NCBI GenBank assembly: GCA_015680685.1 | Contig: MNCI01000459.1 | Coordinates: 1-64,000, forward strand | DNA length: 64,000 bases | Direction: 5' to 3' | Origin: Gnetum montanum | Taxonomy: Eukaryota; Plantae; Gnetophyta | In this document: in pieces, positions 1-12,860 of the stretch | Layout of the letters: each line of letters opens with the position of its first letter | Position numbering within the stretch: the stretch's first letter is position 1 | Notes under the pieces: generated by a model | What the model was told of the DNA's origin: nothing | Seen by the model: only the letters and a program-made list of their open reading frames with translations | Databases searched by the model: none | Position numbers and translations under genes: made by a program

Positions 1-1218
1 CTTACGGGTCAGTAAAACAATGATAATTGTAGATCGACCACAAAATGGTGGGATAACGATGTGTGTGGACCACCGCGAAGATAACGCCGAAATGCCGAAA
101 AGATGCAAATCGGGAGCAGAAAATCGTGCAATTTACGAAGATCAAAGATCTATGTTCCAATGCCAAATGGAATATGTGATTGGATGTATACAATGTTACA
201 ATGGGAGGAAATTCCCAACAAACTGAGTACAAAGATGAGCACAAAACAGCAAGAAAACTGTCTGGACAGAAAAACGGATCTACCTTTTGGACCAAGGCCT
301 AGATGCAGAAATGATCAAGCAATTTTCGTTCCGCTTCTCGGCTTCAGATAGATCTGCTGCTAGGAGCTCCTGCGTGCTGTGTTCTGTTGCTGCTGAAGAA
401 TGATGTCTGCGGCCAAGAGTTTGCTCTTGTTTCTCTGTTTCAGGGCGATAAGTTTCCCTTGCCCAGAAAATGCTCTTGTCCTCTTGGTCTCTGTCAAAGT
501 GCTAAGTCCCTGCTAACTGCTGGTTCCTTCTCTTTTTGTTCAAAAAAGTCCAGTCTCCTGTATATTTGTCAAAAAATCCCCCCCCTGTATATTTGTCAGT
601 CGGGGTATTTATAGACCACGACACGCGCAACCCTGATGACGTGGGCCCGAATGTCGCAGGTCCTGTTGGCGCGATTCTTTTAAGTCGAACTGCGACTATG
701 CACAACACGCTCATCGGACTGCGACTACGCACAACACGTTCGTTTGCACGCTGTGCGTGTAAAGAGCGGGCCCATGGGCGTGTGTCGGCTGTGTTTGCGC
801 TCATTCGCTTTGCGTTGCGTGTATGAGTGCAAGCTTGATGTAACAACCACGCGCTCAGGCTTGTTTTGCGCTTATCACGCGACTGTGCGTGACGCAGCGT
901 AAGAGAGCGCGCACTTGCATTCTAACCTACGCACAAGTACGCATCGCTGCGTAAGGTGCGTAAAGATTGGTAATCAAGCACCGCGCGAGAACAAGTGTCG
1001 ACCCGTCGTGTCTTTCTGGATTTTCCCCTTAACTGTCCTGGAGCTTATTACGCTCGTCACGCTGCCGTGCGTGATAGAGCGTAAACTTGTCTTTGGACGA
1101 ATTCGGGGTGTCTTCACTGTCCTAGAGCTTATTACGCTCATCACACTGCCGTGCGTGATGGAGCGTAAACTTGTCTTTGAACAGATGTGGGACACGTTCG
1201 TTGTCGTGGAGCTTATCA
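1..1218 (-). mobile_element. Probable LTR/TE terminal fragment, CpG-rich, cut by an N-gap
   Basis: TATAAATA on the minus strand at 606-613, with a CG-rich segment (620-960) and tandem repeats upstream. No similarity to PPR intron 2 and no recognisable ORF. Termini are not visible. Confidence 0.35.
1032..1218. repeat. 84-bp tandem repeat (2 units plus a partial) with an internal hairpin
   Basis: ACTGTCCT(G/A)GAGCTTATTACGCTC recurs at 1032 and 1116, with a partial at ~1200 running into the gap. Confidence 0.9.
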
Positions 1219-1477
1219 NNNNNNNNNNNNNNNNNNNNNNNNNNNNNNNNNNNNNNNNNNNNNNNNNNNNNNNNNNNNNNNNNNNNNNNNNNNNNNNNNN
1301 NNNNNNNNNNNNNNNNNNNNNNNNNNNNNNNNNNNNNNNNNNNNNNNNGTTATCTATTTTATTCTTATTCTTTATTCTAAATGTTTTATCTTCTTTATTT
1401 TAGTGTTGCCTTTCTCTTCTATGCATGGGATATGATACCTGAAAAACTGACTGATACAAAATCTCACACTTCTGTAG

Positions 1478-2061
1478 GAAATCTTAACACGGCCAAAGAC
1501 TTTGTCAGAAGAACGATGAAGGAAGGCTTGTTGCCATGCATGGGAACATTTAACTCATTCTTGCAAGCCCTTCTTAATGCTGGTGAGGTTGATCTTTCGT
1601 TAGATCTTCTTTCCAAGGCTGCTAGCAAAGGTTTGTATCTTGACAGTAACACCTATCAAATCTTGATAAAGGGTGCCCCAAAATCTAGAAAAATAGATGA
1701 TGCATTTAGGCTTGTACAGAGTGCAATGCAAGAAGGGGTGAGACCCTATCCAACCCTTTATGCTCCCTTGCTCAAGGCTTTCTGCAAGAGGGGCCAATTT
1801 TCTGAGGCTTACAATCTGTTCAATGACATGAAGGTTAAAGGTCATCCCCTTAATCGACCTGTTTACACCATGCTCATAAGGTTGTCTTGTTGTGGGGGTA
1901 GGATTTTAAATGAGGCAGATTTGTTAGTTGAAATGACAAAACTGAAATTGGTTCCAAAGACTCAAAATTTTGATATGGTAATTAGTGGATTGAAAACCGT
2001 TGGGAATTATAGTTTGGCTGAAAAGATGGAGAGATTGTACTTTTCAATTTACATACTCTAA
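1478..2061 (+). CDS. P-class PPR gene (At5g18390-like), exon 3, copy A; exons 1-2 not present before the gap
   Basis: Acceptor CTTCTGTAG|GA at 1477/1478 and an open frame to TAA 2061. PPR motifs TFNSFLQAL, TYQILIKG, LYAPLLKAFCKRG, VYTMLIRL. Almost identical to 57442-58025. Confidence 0.8.
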
Positions 2062-3296
2062 TTTTTGGAATGAGAAATTGAGAATCAAGTGATTTTATTG
2101 CATTTAGGAATTTTGGGGAATGAAACATGATTTGTAGTTGATAGGATTTTTTGATATCTATTATCCTAATTTTCCTATTAACATGTTCTCGATGTCGGTG
2201 GCAATTAACATATCTCCCATAGAACCTTAGCCAATTCGGAATACTCATAGCTCTATAGTAATGCATTTCTTAGGATATACCTTTTTTGCTAGTTACCCAA
2301 CTGATAGGCCTTTTCATCTTATGGTAAATCAAAGGGTCAAGGTATTGCATTTTTTTTCTTCTAGGCATCTATCTTGCTTTTGCTTTTTCAGTTTTGGCTG
2401 ATCCTTTCAGTCAACAACTTCAAAAGGTGTTCACTTGTCAAGGTAATTTTGAGTGGGCTTCAAAACTATGATTCCACTTAAGTCCGTAGGTATAGTTTAT
2501 ACTATCACAGCAAAGAAATTGCTGCAGACTCTGTATGGCGCTGCTCATTCTGTAGTCTTGATTGTTCAACTCAAATTTCAACTACTTGGATACATAAAAT
2601 TTTACTTGTGAAAATTATAGTAGTTTTCTAGATAGGCTCATGGAATGATATGTTATTCTTTCAAGATCAAAATGGCAAGTCAAATCTGTTTTATCTTGTA
2701 TTTATAAGTGCAATCTTTTGTACATAAATCATGTGTGAAAATCTTCTCTTAATCTAATAGATGGGCTTCATGGTGCTCATCAATTTGGAATACTAAAGCT
2801 TAATTCTTGTTTTTGATTTTTGTCTATATTACAAGGGAATGAACGCTGGAACCTAAAATTAAATATCATTCATATTACTATGATTTGCAAAAAAGGAAAG
2901 CGTCATTACTTGGAGGTTCAATGATCTTTTTTCCAAGGAGCAAGATTTTAGAAAAGCTATGTAATACCATGCCCTGTCGCACCAGAGGTAAGCTCTTTAT
3001 TATGGGGGCCACAAACCTTAAGGTTTCTGATACAATTTTTGAAAGTTTTTTTTCAACTCGTCTAAGGGTTAGTAACATTAATCATACATAAACATCAACT
3101 TTTTCCAAGGTAACTCTTCCAACAACCTTTGGGATGATTTATCAATGATAAGGCATTAATAGAAATAATGATTAAGTTAATTAAATCATTCATAATTAAA
3201 ACTTAGCCAAGTGTAACCACCCTCAAGAGTTAAGGTATCCCAATTGTTTTAAGGTTACACAATGATTGCTAATCAATGGTTCTATTGTGATTGCAA

Positions 3297-5962
3297 ATGG
3301 CACCCAAACAAAAGTGCCCGCAAGAAGGAGAACCCTTACAACCATGGAAGAAACAATCCACAACTAGAAGGGGCTAGCAAGAACAAAGCCAAGAACAATA
3401 AGAGGTGATCCATGCAAGGGGACCTCTTCGTGAGGAGTCCAAAGTGGAATCTGTTTGACAAATTCCACAAGACGAAGTGCCCATAGAATAATCTCAATGA
3501 GGAAAAGCGCCTGGACCTATGCCTAAGCTTGAGGTCACTCTAACTCAAGCCTATCTAGATATTGTTAAGTCCCAAGACATCCAAAGATCATTTCTTCAAG
3601 AAATAAACTTTGGGCTATTTTTGGAGAAAGCTCCAGAGGATGTCAGAACACAATTGCAAACCTCTCCCATCTGGCCAATCATAACGACCAGTGGAAAGTG
3701 GTACATGAGAGATACCTATCTCTTCTAAATAGCTGAGGGCCAAGGTTCGTTGTAAAAACCAAGGATGTTCAAGTGTCCTACTTGGTTGAGGCCATTGCAT
3801 AGGCACTGGGGTTACCCAACATCAGAATATAGTTGGCCGAAATATCAACAAAAGACAGCCTTGAGGCAAAAAGGGAGTGGTCCCAGTGATGTTACGTGGT
3901 GGACCATAAGGAGTATGGTGTGCTCACATTGATAGAGCAAATTTATTACAATAGTGTAGCCTATCACCTCAATCCAACAATGAGGCTAACTAAGGTGACT
4001 GCCTTCTCCACTCATGCATGCATTGCTTTGAGCAAGAAATTTCCTAACCTTTCACAGGTAATTTATTCGAAGATTGAGAAGTGTTTCAAGGAAAATGAAT
4101 GTGGAAGGAGGACCTTACTATTTCCATGCCTTATAAGAAAACTTTCTAAGAGTGTAGGTATTATTTGCTATTGCAATGACACTCTCAGGCATACTTCCTT
4201 GGCTTCATGGGCAGAAATCATGAAGGATAAAACGCTAGTAACCATCCAAGAAGAGGAGTTGTCACCACCACCACCCACTTAGGAGACAACACCAAAGGCA
4301 TGCATAGTCCTTGAGCATCTATGACAAATCTGAGACTAGCTCTTGAGTGAACAAGAGCAGTAAGAAAGAACAAGTGGGACCGATCCATCTGTGTATCGGC
4401 CGCGGTAAAAATTGAAGAAGCAAGTGGCTAGCTCGTATCTACTATACAAGGCTAAGTTCAAACACCAGAAGGACACTAAGAAAAAGCTTGAGATTGCTAA
4501 TGTTGAACTCGAAGTCCTCAAACGGTGATTCACAGATCAACGATCCATCGCCAAGAACTTAGCCAAATGGATGAATGACTACTAAGAGCTGAAGAACATA
4601 GTGGGAGCATTCGACATTGAACGCAAATAATTTTTTGCTTAATTTGTCAATGACAAGGAGTTTTTTTAGTAATCCCGTGTCCTTGGGAGGTGCCCATTCC
4701 AACCCACATTGGAAACGTTGTGTGGATGATGCATGATCCTAAGTGTAAGGAGGAGAAAATGAAAGCACTACTGGATGCTTTCCACCTTCCACCTGAAGTT
4801 GCAGCAGTAGCAGGACAACCACAGCCTCAACCATTGCCAGTGTGTCGAGTTGATGAAGGTTCCTCGAAGCGTTAGGAACCACCATTGCCTGGGACCGTTT
4901 GATCTTCTCCAACAAGCTTCACATCATCAAGAAATGTGTTGTCCAATTTTTGATGAGTTGTATCATGGTGTTCAATTTTGTGTCCTAAAGACCACAATTT
5001 TTGTAATGTGTTAATCTATACACCCATGCACCCCAGTTTTTGTCAATTCAGTCAAGTTTTTTTTGTTGAAAGAAAACTCAATTAATAATCCCATACCTTG
5101 CCAATTTTGTAAAAAAACTTGAGGAAGAGTTTTTATTCAGTCGTCGGGGTATGATGAGTTGTCGTTGGCTCGCTACGTTGATGAGGCCTCATCAACATAG
5201 CTAATCATGTTGACAAGGCATCATCTAGGAGGCCCCGTTGACACATTTCGACCTACGTTAACATTGCCTCATCAACGCGGTGTTTGTCTATTGCCTATAA
5301 ATGCTCACCTACCCATCGCATTTATGGGAGTCCAAATTTAGTAGTAGCGAAGCTCTCGCATTTTTTTATTCGAAAGCTAGAATTTTCTCCCCAAGTGCTC
5401 GCAACAAGAATCATTAAGTGTATAGATCTTTATTTAAGCATTATTTTACCTAAGCACAATAGTGTGTGCAGCAATAAAGACAAGCTTTATGATAAACCTT
5501 GTAACACTTTGCATAAATTGGCTCTTTTATTTATGCATTCAATGTTTTCAATTATTTGTTAATTATTCTCAATTATTTCATGAATATTTTCCTACAATTG
5601 AGTTAATGAGATTATTAAGTTAGATAGATTAAATACATAAGTACGACCGCTTTGAGCGTAACACGTATTCACTTGGTAATCCCAGCAATGTTATTGCTTG
5701 GTAGGCCTAGTAGTGTAGCATTTGGTCACCTACCAGTGGACACGTGGGTTCAGGACGTGTACAGAAAGTGGAAATGGATGCTTATGTTAGGATTAGTTAA
5801 ATGATTAGTTAATTAGTCATTAATATTAGTTAATTAAAATCCTTTTTATCTACATTTCGAGCACCCACAATATAAAATACAAAATGATAAAAATCGGATG
5901 CCTCGGTTACACTTAACCATACCAACGAATGTCACAAGTGTAATTGGAAGGAAAAAAATTAA
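3297..5962 (+). mobile_element. Athila-like Gypsy 3' remnant (Athila-1, copy A): decayed ORF2 (env-like/Transposase_32-like) plus 3' LTR 5152-~5962
   Basis: MAPK... start at 3297 and an LLFPCLIRKLSKSVGI motif, with stops and frameshifts. A short G-tract precedes TGATGAG at 5152. The copy-C homologue ends in CTCATCA (16358); the last ~130 bp of the LTR are deleted here. Confidence 0.7.
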
Positions 5963-7618
5963 CTAATACTCTTGATTTTGGTATGAGACACTTTTCTATG
6001 ATTCTCTTCCAAAGCTTCATAGTATGTCTCATTAGATCAATTTGTTTATAATTTGCACAATTTATAAAAAAAATCATATAATTGAAGCCCAAAAATATAA
6101 TGAAGAAACTATCAAGCTAAAACATGAGCTTGAAGAGGCAAAGGTGAATCCATGCATTAATTCAACATTCATGCAAATTCAAGGCTTTCATTAATAAGCT
6201 ATATAGCAATAAAGAAAAGGTGGTTTCTTTAGCCTCAAGAAAAAACCTATTTAAGCCAAAATGAGCTATTTATGAAGAGGTAGCAGGTAAAGCTGAAAAG
6301 TTAGCAGAAAAAGCTACAAATTTAAGGAAGGCACTAGCATCACATTTAGGAGAGCATCTTCATGGCATGATGTACATTATAGTCAAGACAAGAGTAAGAT
6401 ATCATAAATAGCATGAATCATTAGAATAATGAATTAAACTTATGGAGAATCATTAAATGAAGTCATCTTAATTGCAACTAATGCAGGTATAGAAGAATTG
6501 GATTCAAGGAAGGTGAGCTCTATGTTAATGAATGTATAACCTAAAAAGTAGGTACAAGCTTTATAGCTTCTTTTTAGTTATAGGCACCTATCAAAGCAAT
6601 TAGATCAATAAGCATGGAAAATCATGTATCAAGAAAGGCTCATCCAACAAAATATTTACTTAAAACTATTAATGAGTACAATTTCATTATTAAAAGAACA
6701 TTTGTTAACTAGACTCTATCAAATCATTAGTTATATATAGCTCAATTGTATTTTGAAAAAAATGGTGGGGGAAGAAGAGGGCTAATTCCAAGAGAAAAAT
6801 TGGATGGAAGAAAACTAAAAGGTTTTTTGCAAGATAATGACTTTCTAATCAATTTGTTTAGCTTTGTCATTTTAAAACCTGGAAGTCATTTTGTTAAACC
6901 TTTTTCTTTTGATTACTTAGCTTACCTCATCATTTCATCCTTAGCATGGTCCAATAAATTTATAATATCCTTTTTCTATTTATAATATGCCTTTTTCTAT
7001 TAAAGAAGAAAGGTTTTTTGCACCAAGTCCATGTCCCCAAACAACACATCCATACAATATAGTAGGATAGATGATAGTTTGTAAATTTATTTTGTAACAT
7101 TGCAAGCTCATAGTCCTAAATCCTAAACTCTTGCTATTCTTTCTTTCCATGTATCTATCATGAACTCTTGTTCACCATTGGACTCTATTAAGAACTAAAG
7201 TTTTATGAAATTGCAATTTTCGATTCTGCTCTAAAAGCAAAACATTTACATATCAAGGGGAGAAAATATGAGAGAAAAACAACACTAGTCCTGGGCAATG
7301 AGCTAAGCTTCCCTAAATTGTAAAATTATAGAGTTTCATCATGATAAAACTTTAGATTTCCATTTCAACTATGATACGGACAATCACCCACCCCTTAAAA
7401 AATGGGTTTTATTAAGGGGTAAAAGGCATATTGTGACTACAAAATTTAAAGAGAAATTGCACTACGGTTAACCATTGTCTAGCTATTTAATCAAAAAATA
7501 AACAATAATTTCAAAAAAAAAATACAGCAAGTAGCAGACCCAGATCAAAAAAATAGGTCTATCAACCAACAACCCTAATCGAATTCCCAGTCATTAGAAA
7601 AAATGCAAATGCACTAAC

Positions 7619-8254
7619 CTGAACAGTATGAGGTACACCAAAATTCTTCATCCAATTGAAAACATCGATGACATTATTGATAAGTCGGGCTCCATCATAA
7701 GCTTCAATAATGGCACAGAAGGTCCTGGTGGATAGTAGAAAATTCTTTGGCCTCATTTCCTCTGCAACTCTCCACATGGATTCCCAGTGCCCACCCACCC
7801 CCAAAATCCAAACCATCTCCTCAAATTCCACAGTTGTGGGTTCGTATTCGGGTTGCTGGCATGCCCAATTGAAGAATCTGAGGGCCTCCCTACCCATGGC
7901 TGAGCAATCTCTCATAACTTGCCACACCTCTGAATTTACCAATATTCCCATTCTTTGTAGACTTCTCTTCATGAAAATGTCATTGTGCACAATCCTGCAA
8001 ATGTGGTGCACTGCTGAGAAGTATTTGTCTCTGGATGTCTGGATTCGGGGAGCCCCATTCCTCCATTGGATTAGGTCTCTGATTTCTGCTGCTGCTAAGT
8101 TCAGGGTCCCTTGTTCTGGCTCTGCAATTGGATTTTCAGGGTCTCTGTAAGAATGGTAAGTGTGGGAGATGAGAATTGAGGGGACTTTTAAAATTTGTAT
8201 CAATGGCAGAACACGGAGGATTTTGTGTGCTCGGAGAATTAGGTCCAGTGACAT
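7619..8254 (-). pseudogene. PPR gene exon 1, copy B (orphan; intron 1 truncated at ~7000)
   Basis: ATG at 8254 and donor CAG|GTTAGT at 7619/7618. Paralogous to 60927-61541 with 7 extra codons (WRNGAPR). No exon 2 follows. Confidence 0.85.
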
Positions 8255-8263
8255 GAAACTTTA

Positions 8264-9154
8264 GGGGGGGGGGGGGGGGTCGGACCCCAAAAAGAGAATT
8301 TTATTAATTAAATGAGATTAAGTACATTATCTGCATCTGAACATATTAATGGATAAATAGGGAGAAGAAAAATGACAGATGCGGATGATGAAAGAAAACA
8401 TCTTGAAACTTAATCCTTCTTAGGGAGTGGGAGTACATTCCAAAGAGCAACCTAATGCTGGGAATCCAAAAGAACTGCGAGTTAATAAGACCAAGATAAC
8501 AACAAGGAGCTCAAAATGCTGAAAATTATGATAACACACTCCGATGTAGCAGATCGAGATTGGGAGGAGTGCACGAGTTGGTGTATCTGCTCCAAGGCTG
8601 CATCTGCTCCAAGGCTCCAAACAATAAAACAACTGATCAGTATCCAACTTTAACTTAGAAGTACGAGATAAGATTTGGAAATGCACAAGGCAAAGAATTT
8701 GAAATTTTTCCATAATATTTAAATGGTTAGAGTTGGACGAATTAGTGTTCTGGAAAAGAGCAGTGCATCTGTGCTTCCATATATAGTAAAGAACGAGGGG
8801 CCTAATAACTTTCCAAAGAAACTGAAGGTCAGTAGAGGGAGTGGCCAAAAAGCTGAATAAAATAACCTCCTGGGAAAACGTGCACAAAGGAAAAACTTTA
8901 GAAACCCACTTCCATGAAGACTGAGCGAAAGGGAAATGCCAAAAAACGTGGACAAAATCTTCAGGACCTCCACAGAGAGGGCAATTAAGGTTTGAAATCC
9001 CAAGGTATTCACGACATTTGCCGATAGGCAGGCCTTGATGCAAGAGGCACCAAAGAAATTGTTTAATTTTTGGAAGAGTCAGAAGGCTCCAAACTCATGG
9101 AAAGAGAGAGAGCCAAAACTGTTCAGACTCTTCTTTGTGCCATGATCGATTGCA
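8264..9154 (-). mobile_element. L1-like LINE 3' fragment (zf-RVT C-terminus of ORF2 plus 3' UTR)
   Basis: CPLCGGPEDFVHVFWH...W and LYYIWKHR motifs in ORF 8420-9043. Absent from copy D at the homologous site. Confidence 0.85.
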
Positions 9155-11404
9155 NNNNNNNNNNNNNNNNNNNNNNNNNNNNNNNNNNNNNNNNNNNNNN
9201 NNNNNNNNNNNNNNNNNNNNNNNNNNNNNNNNNNNNNNNNNNNNNNNNNNNNNNNNNNNNNNNNNNNNNNNNNNNNAATCGCTTGAGATACTTGTCTTAC
9301 TTTAACTGGACAATGAGTTAACTACTTAATCACTTCACAATAAAAAGGAGGTGTTACCTAGTGGTAAGATTCTTTGATTTGAAAGATGATGGACAATATT
9401 GACTTATAAAAGTTCTAATTTGATTTATAATACAATTATTTCATAATTCCAACATCCAATCTAGGGTGTGCTACCTACAGAAACCACAATAATTGCTCAG
9501 TATGATGCTTCAAAAGATATTGTTTTTAGAGAGTTTCAATTGTGTTATTTATGCTTAAAACATGCTTCCAAGCTTGGCATGGGGGTGTTGTTAGAGTTAT
9601 GCTTGATGCTTTAGAAGAATTATAGAGGATTATAATGATACCTCGAGTATGACTCAAACTAGCAACCTTTCACCTAAATATACAGTGAGCTAACCACATG
9701 AGCCACCTATCTTTGACCTAAACAAGTCTTACAACACGTTGCAACAATTTAACAGCTTAACAACTTGGCAAAAAAGTTTGAAATAAAACAAATCAGAACT
9801 TAACCTAACAATTAGGGACAAATTAAAATCCTAAACAATCTAATAACTAATATTGATACTTATACCCTTACCATGTAAACAAGCGTGGTAAAAGATTGTT
9901 ATTTAATCTAATACCAATACTAATAATTTATGGCTTTGTCTAGACTCAAAGGATCTATCACACAAATAAACTTATTTAAAATACATCAATAGCAATAAAT
10001 CTTGAGTATATTAGGTGTGTACAATATTGATGCAACTTGAACATGTCTTCTATATAATTCCCTAGAACTAATAGTGGTAGCTCAAATAGCTTTTATAGAG
10101 AGTGACTTGAGATTTGTCACTTTCTTCTAAAGAAATCTAGTCTACAATATTCTAATAATACATGGTGCTCTCATCTTCTATCACTTGTAGTATAGCTAAC
10201 ATATAAATTCTAATAATACGTGGTGCTCTCATCTTTTATCACCTATAATATAGTGGACATATTCTATCTCTAAATGGTTCATTGTTCCATCTTCAATGGA
10301 GTGGTCCCATTCTTACTTTGCTAATTAGTGTTGTCATGGCTATTATATTAATTACATGTAGATATTTCATTTCATTTTGAATGTTACCTCCAATATTTTG
10401 TCAATAAAATTGAAGCTTTTTTGGTATTTGTGCCTCATTTTGTCATATTTTTTAAACTTTCTCCATAATAAGTTTTCGAGCTTATTTTGAATTTATTATT
10501 CCATCAATATTATCAATATCCCAATTTTGTAGCCACAATCATCGCACATGGAACCATTCCTATTGTTGAGATTTTCAAATGATCTCTCCTCAGATCTTAT
10601 TCTCTAAGACAGTTCTTGAGGATTCATGAGATGGGGGTTAGTATTTCCATATTAGGAGAATGCAATGGTCAAGAAAATGGAATATCTTTTGGGAGAACAT
10701 GCAACAAAATCTTGAGCATATCCACAACTAGTCAAGGAGAAGGCTTTAGCATACATGTAGTCTAACGTAGAAGGTTAGAAAATTTTTTATTTATATCACA
10801 TTAGATCTAATAAACTAGATGCATAACCTCACTCTGTCTTAGTTGCTATTTTAATCAAATGTCCATATATTATCACCAAGAGAAGAGGGCATCTGTAAGT
10901 TATTCAAGTGAAGAGCTCTTATATTATACTTGAACTTTCTTCTTTGTATTTTAAAAAAGAAGAATGAAGTGCTCATATTTATCAAAGAGGAGAATTAAAC
11001 AAACATGCTCCATTAATAAGGATGTGTCAGTTATGGAATAAGCTACTTCTTCACATTTTACCGTTGTTTAAAGATGATGCTATGTTCAACTTTATATTGA
11101 CTCTTTTTTTGAAAGAGAAAAGCAAGAAAGAATGAATAATGTAGTGAGAGTTTAAAGATATTGTTAACCAACACTCTTCTTTGTCATAGAGGAGACTTGA
11201 CGTTGTTTTACATTGTTCAAGGACGTTTGAGTTGCACTTTTTATCATTCATGAAATATTACACAATTGCAACTCAGACTTAAGGACGTCATTATTTTAAG
11301 ATGTCTTACAATCCCATGTAGGAAATATGAGACCATTGGGTTAAAAACTCTTACGACCTGTCCAAGAAATGGGCACGCAAAAAAAAAGAAAAAAAAAAAA
11401 ACAG

Positions 11405-11780
11405 AATTAAGAAATGTTTGTTGGGCAAAAAAACAAATTAAAAAAACTTTCATTGGGTGAAAAAATCAAATCAACAAAATTTTCATTGGGTGAAAAAGTC
11501 AAATCAACAAAACTTTCATTGAGTGAAAAAAGTCAAATTAAAAAAACTTTGAAAAAATCAAATTGAAAGAACTTTCATTTAGGTGAAAAAAAAATTTCAT
11601 TGGGTGAAAAAAGTTAAATTAAAAAAACTTGGAAAAAATCAAATTAAAAAGACTTTCATTTGTGTGAAAAAAAAATTTCAGTTGGGTGAAAAAAGTTAAA
11701 TTAAAAAAACTTGGAAAAAATAAAATTAAAAAGACTTTCATTTGGGTGAAAAAAAAAATTTCCGTTGGGTGAAAAATTTT
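11405..11780. repeat. AT-rich minisatellite built from AAATCAAATTAAAAAAACTTTCATTGGGTGAA-like units
   Basis: Repeated TTTCATTGGGTGAAAA motifs; the same repeat begins again at ~63935-64000. Confidence 0.85.
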
Positions 11781-12319
11781 AAAAACTATGCTTCTATCTT
11801 AAGAAGAGCCGACAGTATTTGCCAGAGGAACAACGTTTACTTACGCCCATTCACTGTGGCGTATGCATTATGCTTCTTTTGAAACAGCAATCATAGCATC
11901 CTATTCTCATAATTATATACAGTAATTTTTATGAACCCACAATTCGTGTGGGATAAAAACATGGCAAAATTTTAATTTTAGTAATATGAATGGTACGACT
12001 GACTAACCGATGGAAATCGTGCCCGCCTGTAACAACGAATGAACCCAATTGCGAAGGCTGAGTCATGCTCGTCTGTTCTGGAAATTGGGCAAGAACCCAC
12101 CATTAGAGATCTGAGGCACACCAGTTACCTTGACCCTATGTTATGAGTGTTATCCAACTCCCTCCATGTGTCTTGATCACTCCTTCCACCTAGCAGTCCT
12201 GTTTAATAGAAATTTAGACGGACAAAGGTCGCGTGCATGGCATGCTAATCTTAAGTTGTGGTTCCACTGACATTTTAAAACCCAGATGTGATTGTAAAAA
12301 CATGTGTCATAGTACTGGC

Positions 12320-12860
12320 TATCCCGCTTGGAAAGCACATCTATGAGCACAGTGTAAGCAACAACGTCCGGCTGAAGCCCCTTTCTCATCATCACATAAA
12401 ACATGTCTGTGGCTTCTTGCTGTTTCCTGTCTTGCACAGACCATCAATGTAGGTAGTGTAGCTAAATTCATTAGGATCTACTGAATGCAGAATCATGGAT
12501 GCAATCAACTGACGAGTTTCATCCAGCATTCCCTTCCTGCAAAACCCACAAATAAATGCACTGTAGGTGAAAATATGGGGAGAAATGCCAGCATTTTCCG
12601 TGTCTGTAAACAAATCCATGGCATGATCCAAACTTCCAACCTTGCAGAGACTGTCAATCAGAACATTGAAGATAATCCTATCAAATTACTCATCCCCATA
12701 TTGCATGTTTGCGGTTAAAAAGCACGGAGATTTCAATTTCTCGGAGACGATGCTGTAAAAAGCTTGCATTGCCTCCTGGATCATGCCTCTGAACCAGAAT
12801 TTCATGACTCAGTATGGATGTGGATGAATGCCAATACGCTTGGGCGTTGTTAGGAATCTC
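12320..12860 (-). pseudogene. Unrelated P-class PPR pseudogene fragment
   Basis: IFNVLIDSLCKVG, TYSAFICGFCRKG, SYTTYIDGLCK and AYTVLIDVLSK repeats spread across frameshifted ORFs 12392-12631 and 12177-12437. Confidence 0.8.

Larger units (their letters stand above)
1349..6977 (+). repeat. Segmental duplication copy A; inverted relative to ~15345-20614 plus 24611-24918 and to 53998-58154
   Basis: Colinear reverse-complement identity by eye across exon 3, the 3' flank, the Athila remnant and the AT-rich flank; the ORF track shows paralogous peptides. Confidence 0.9.
7001..11590 (-). repeat. Segmental duplication copy B (same orientation as 60310-64000)
   Basis: 7001-8263 matches 60310-61550 and 9285-11590 matches ~61755-64000, interrupted by the LINE and a gap. 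Confidence 0.9.

Noticed and set aside
1381-1477. Hydrophobic N-terminus MFYLLYFSVAF... of the 226-aa ORFs (also 58026-58122 and 24791-24887)
   Set aside because: It lies in intron 2; homology and the splice acceptor begin at GNL.
5963-6977. Gene in the AT-rich flank (mirror at 15345-16357)
   Set aside because: There are traces of coiled-coil coding and splice-like sites, but it is too decayed to assign; probably an old TE fragment.
7710-8150. Plus-strand ORFs opposite PPR exon 1 (also 61018-61437)
   Set aside because: Shadow frames of the PPR coding sequence, conserved only because the segment is duplicated.
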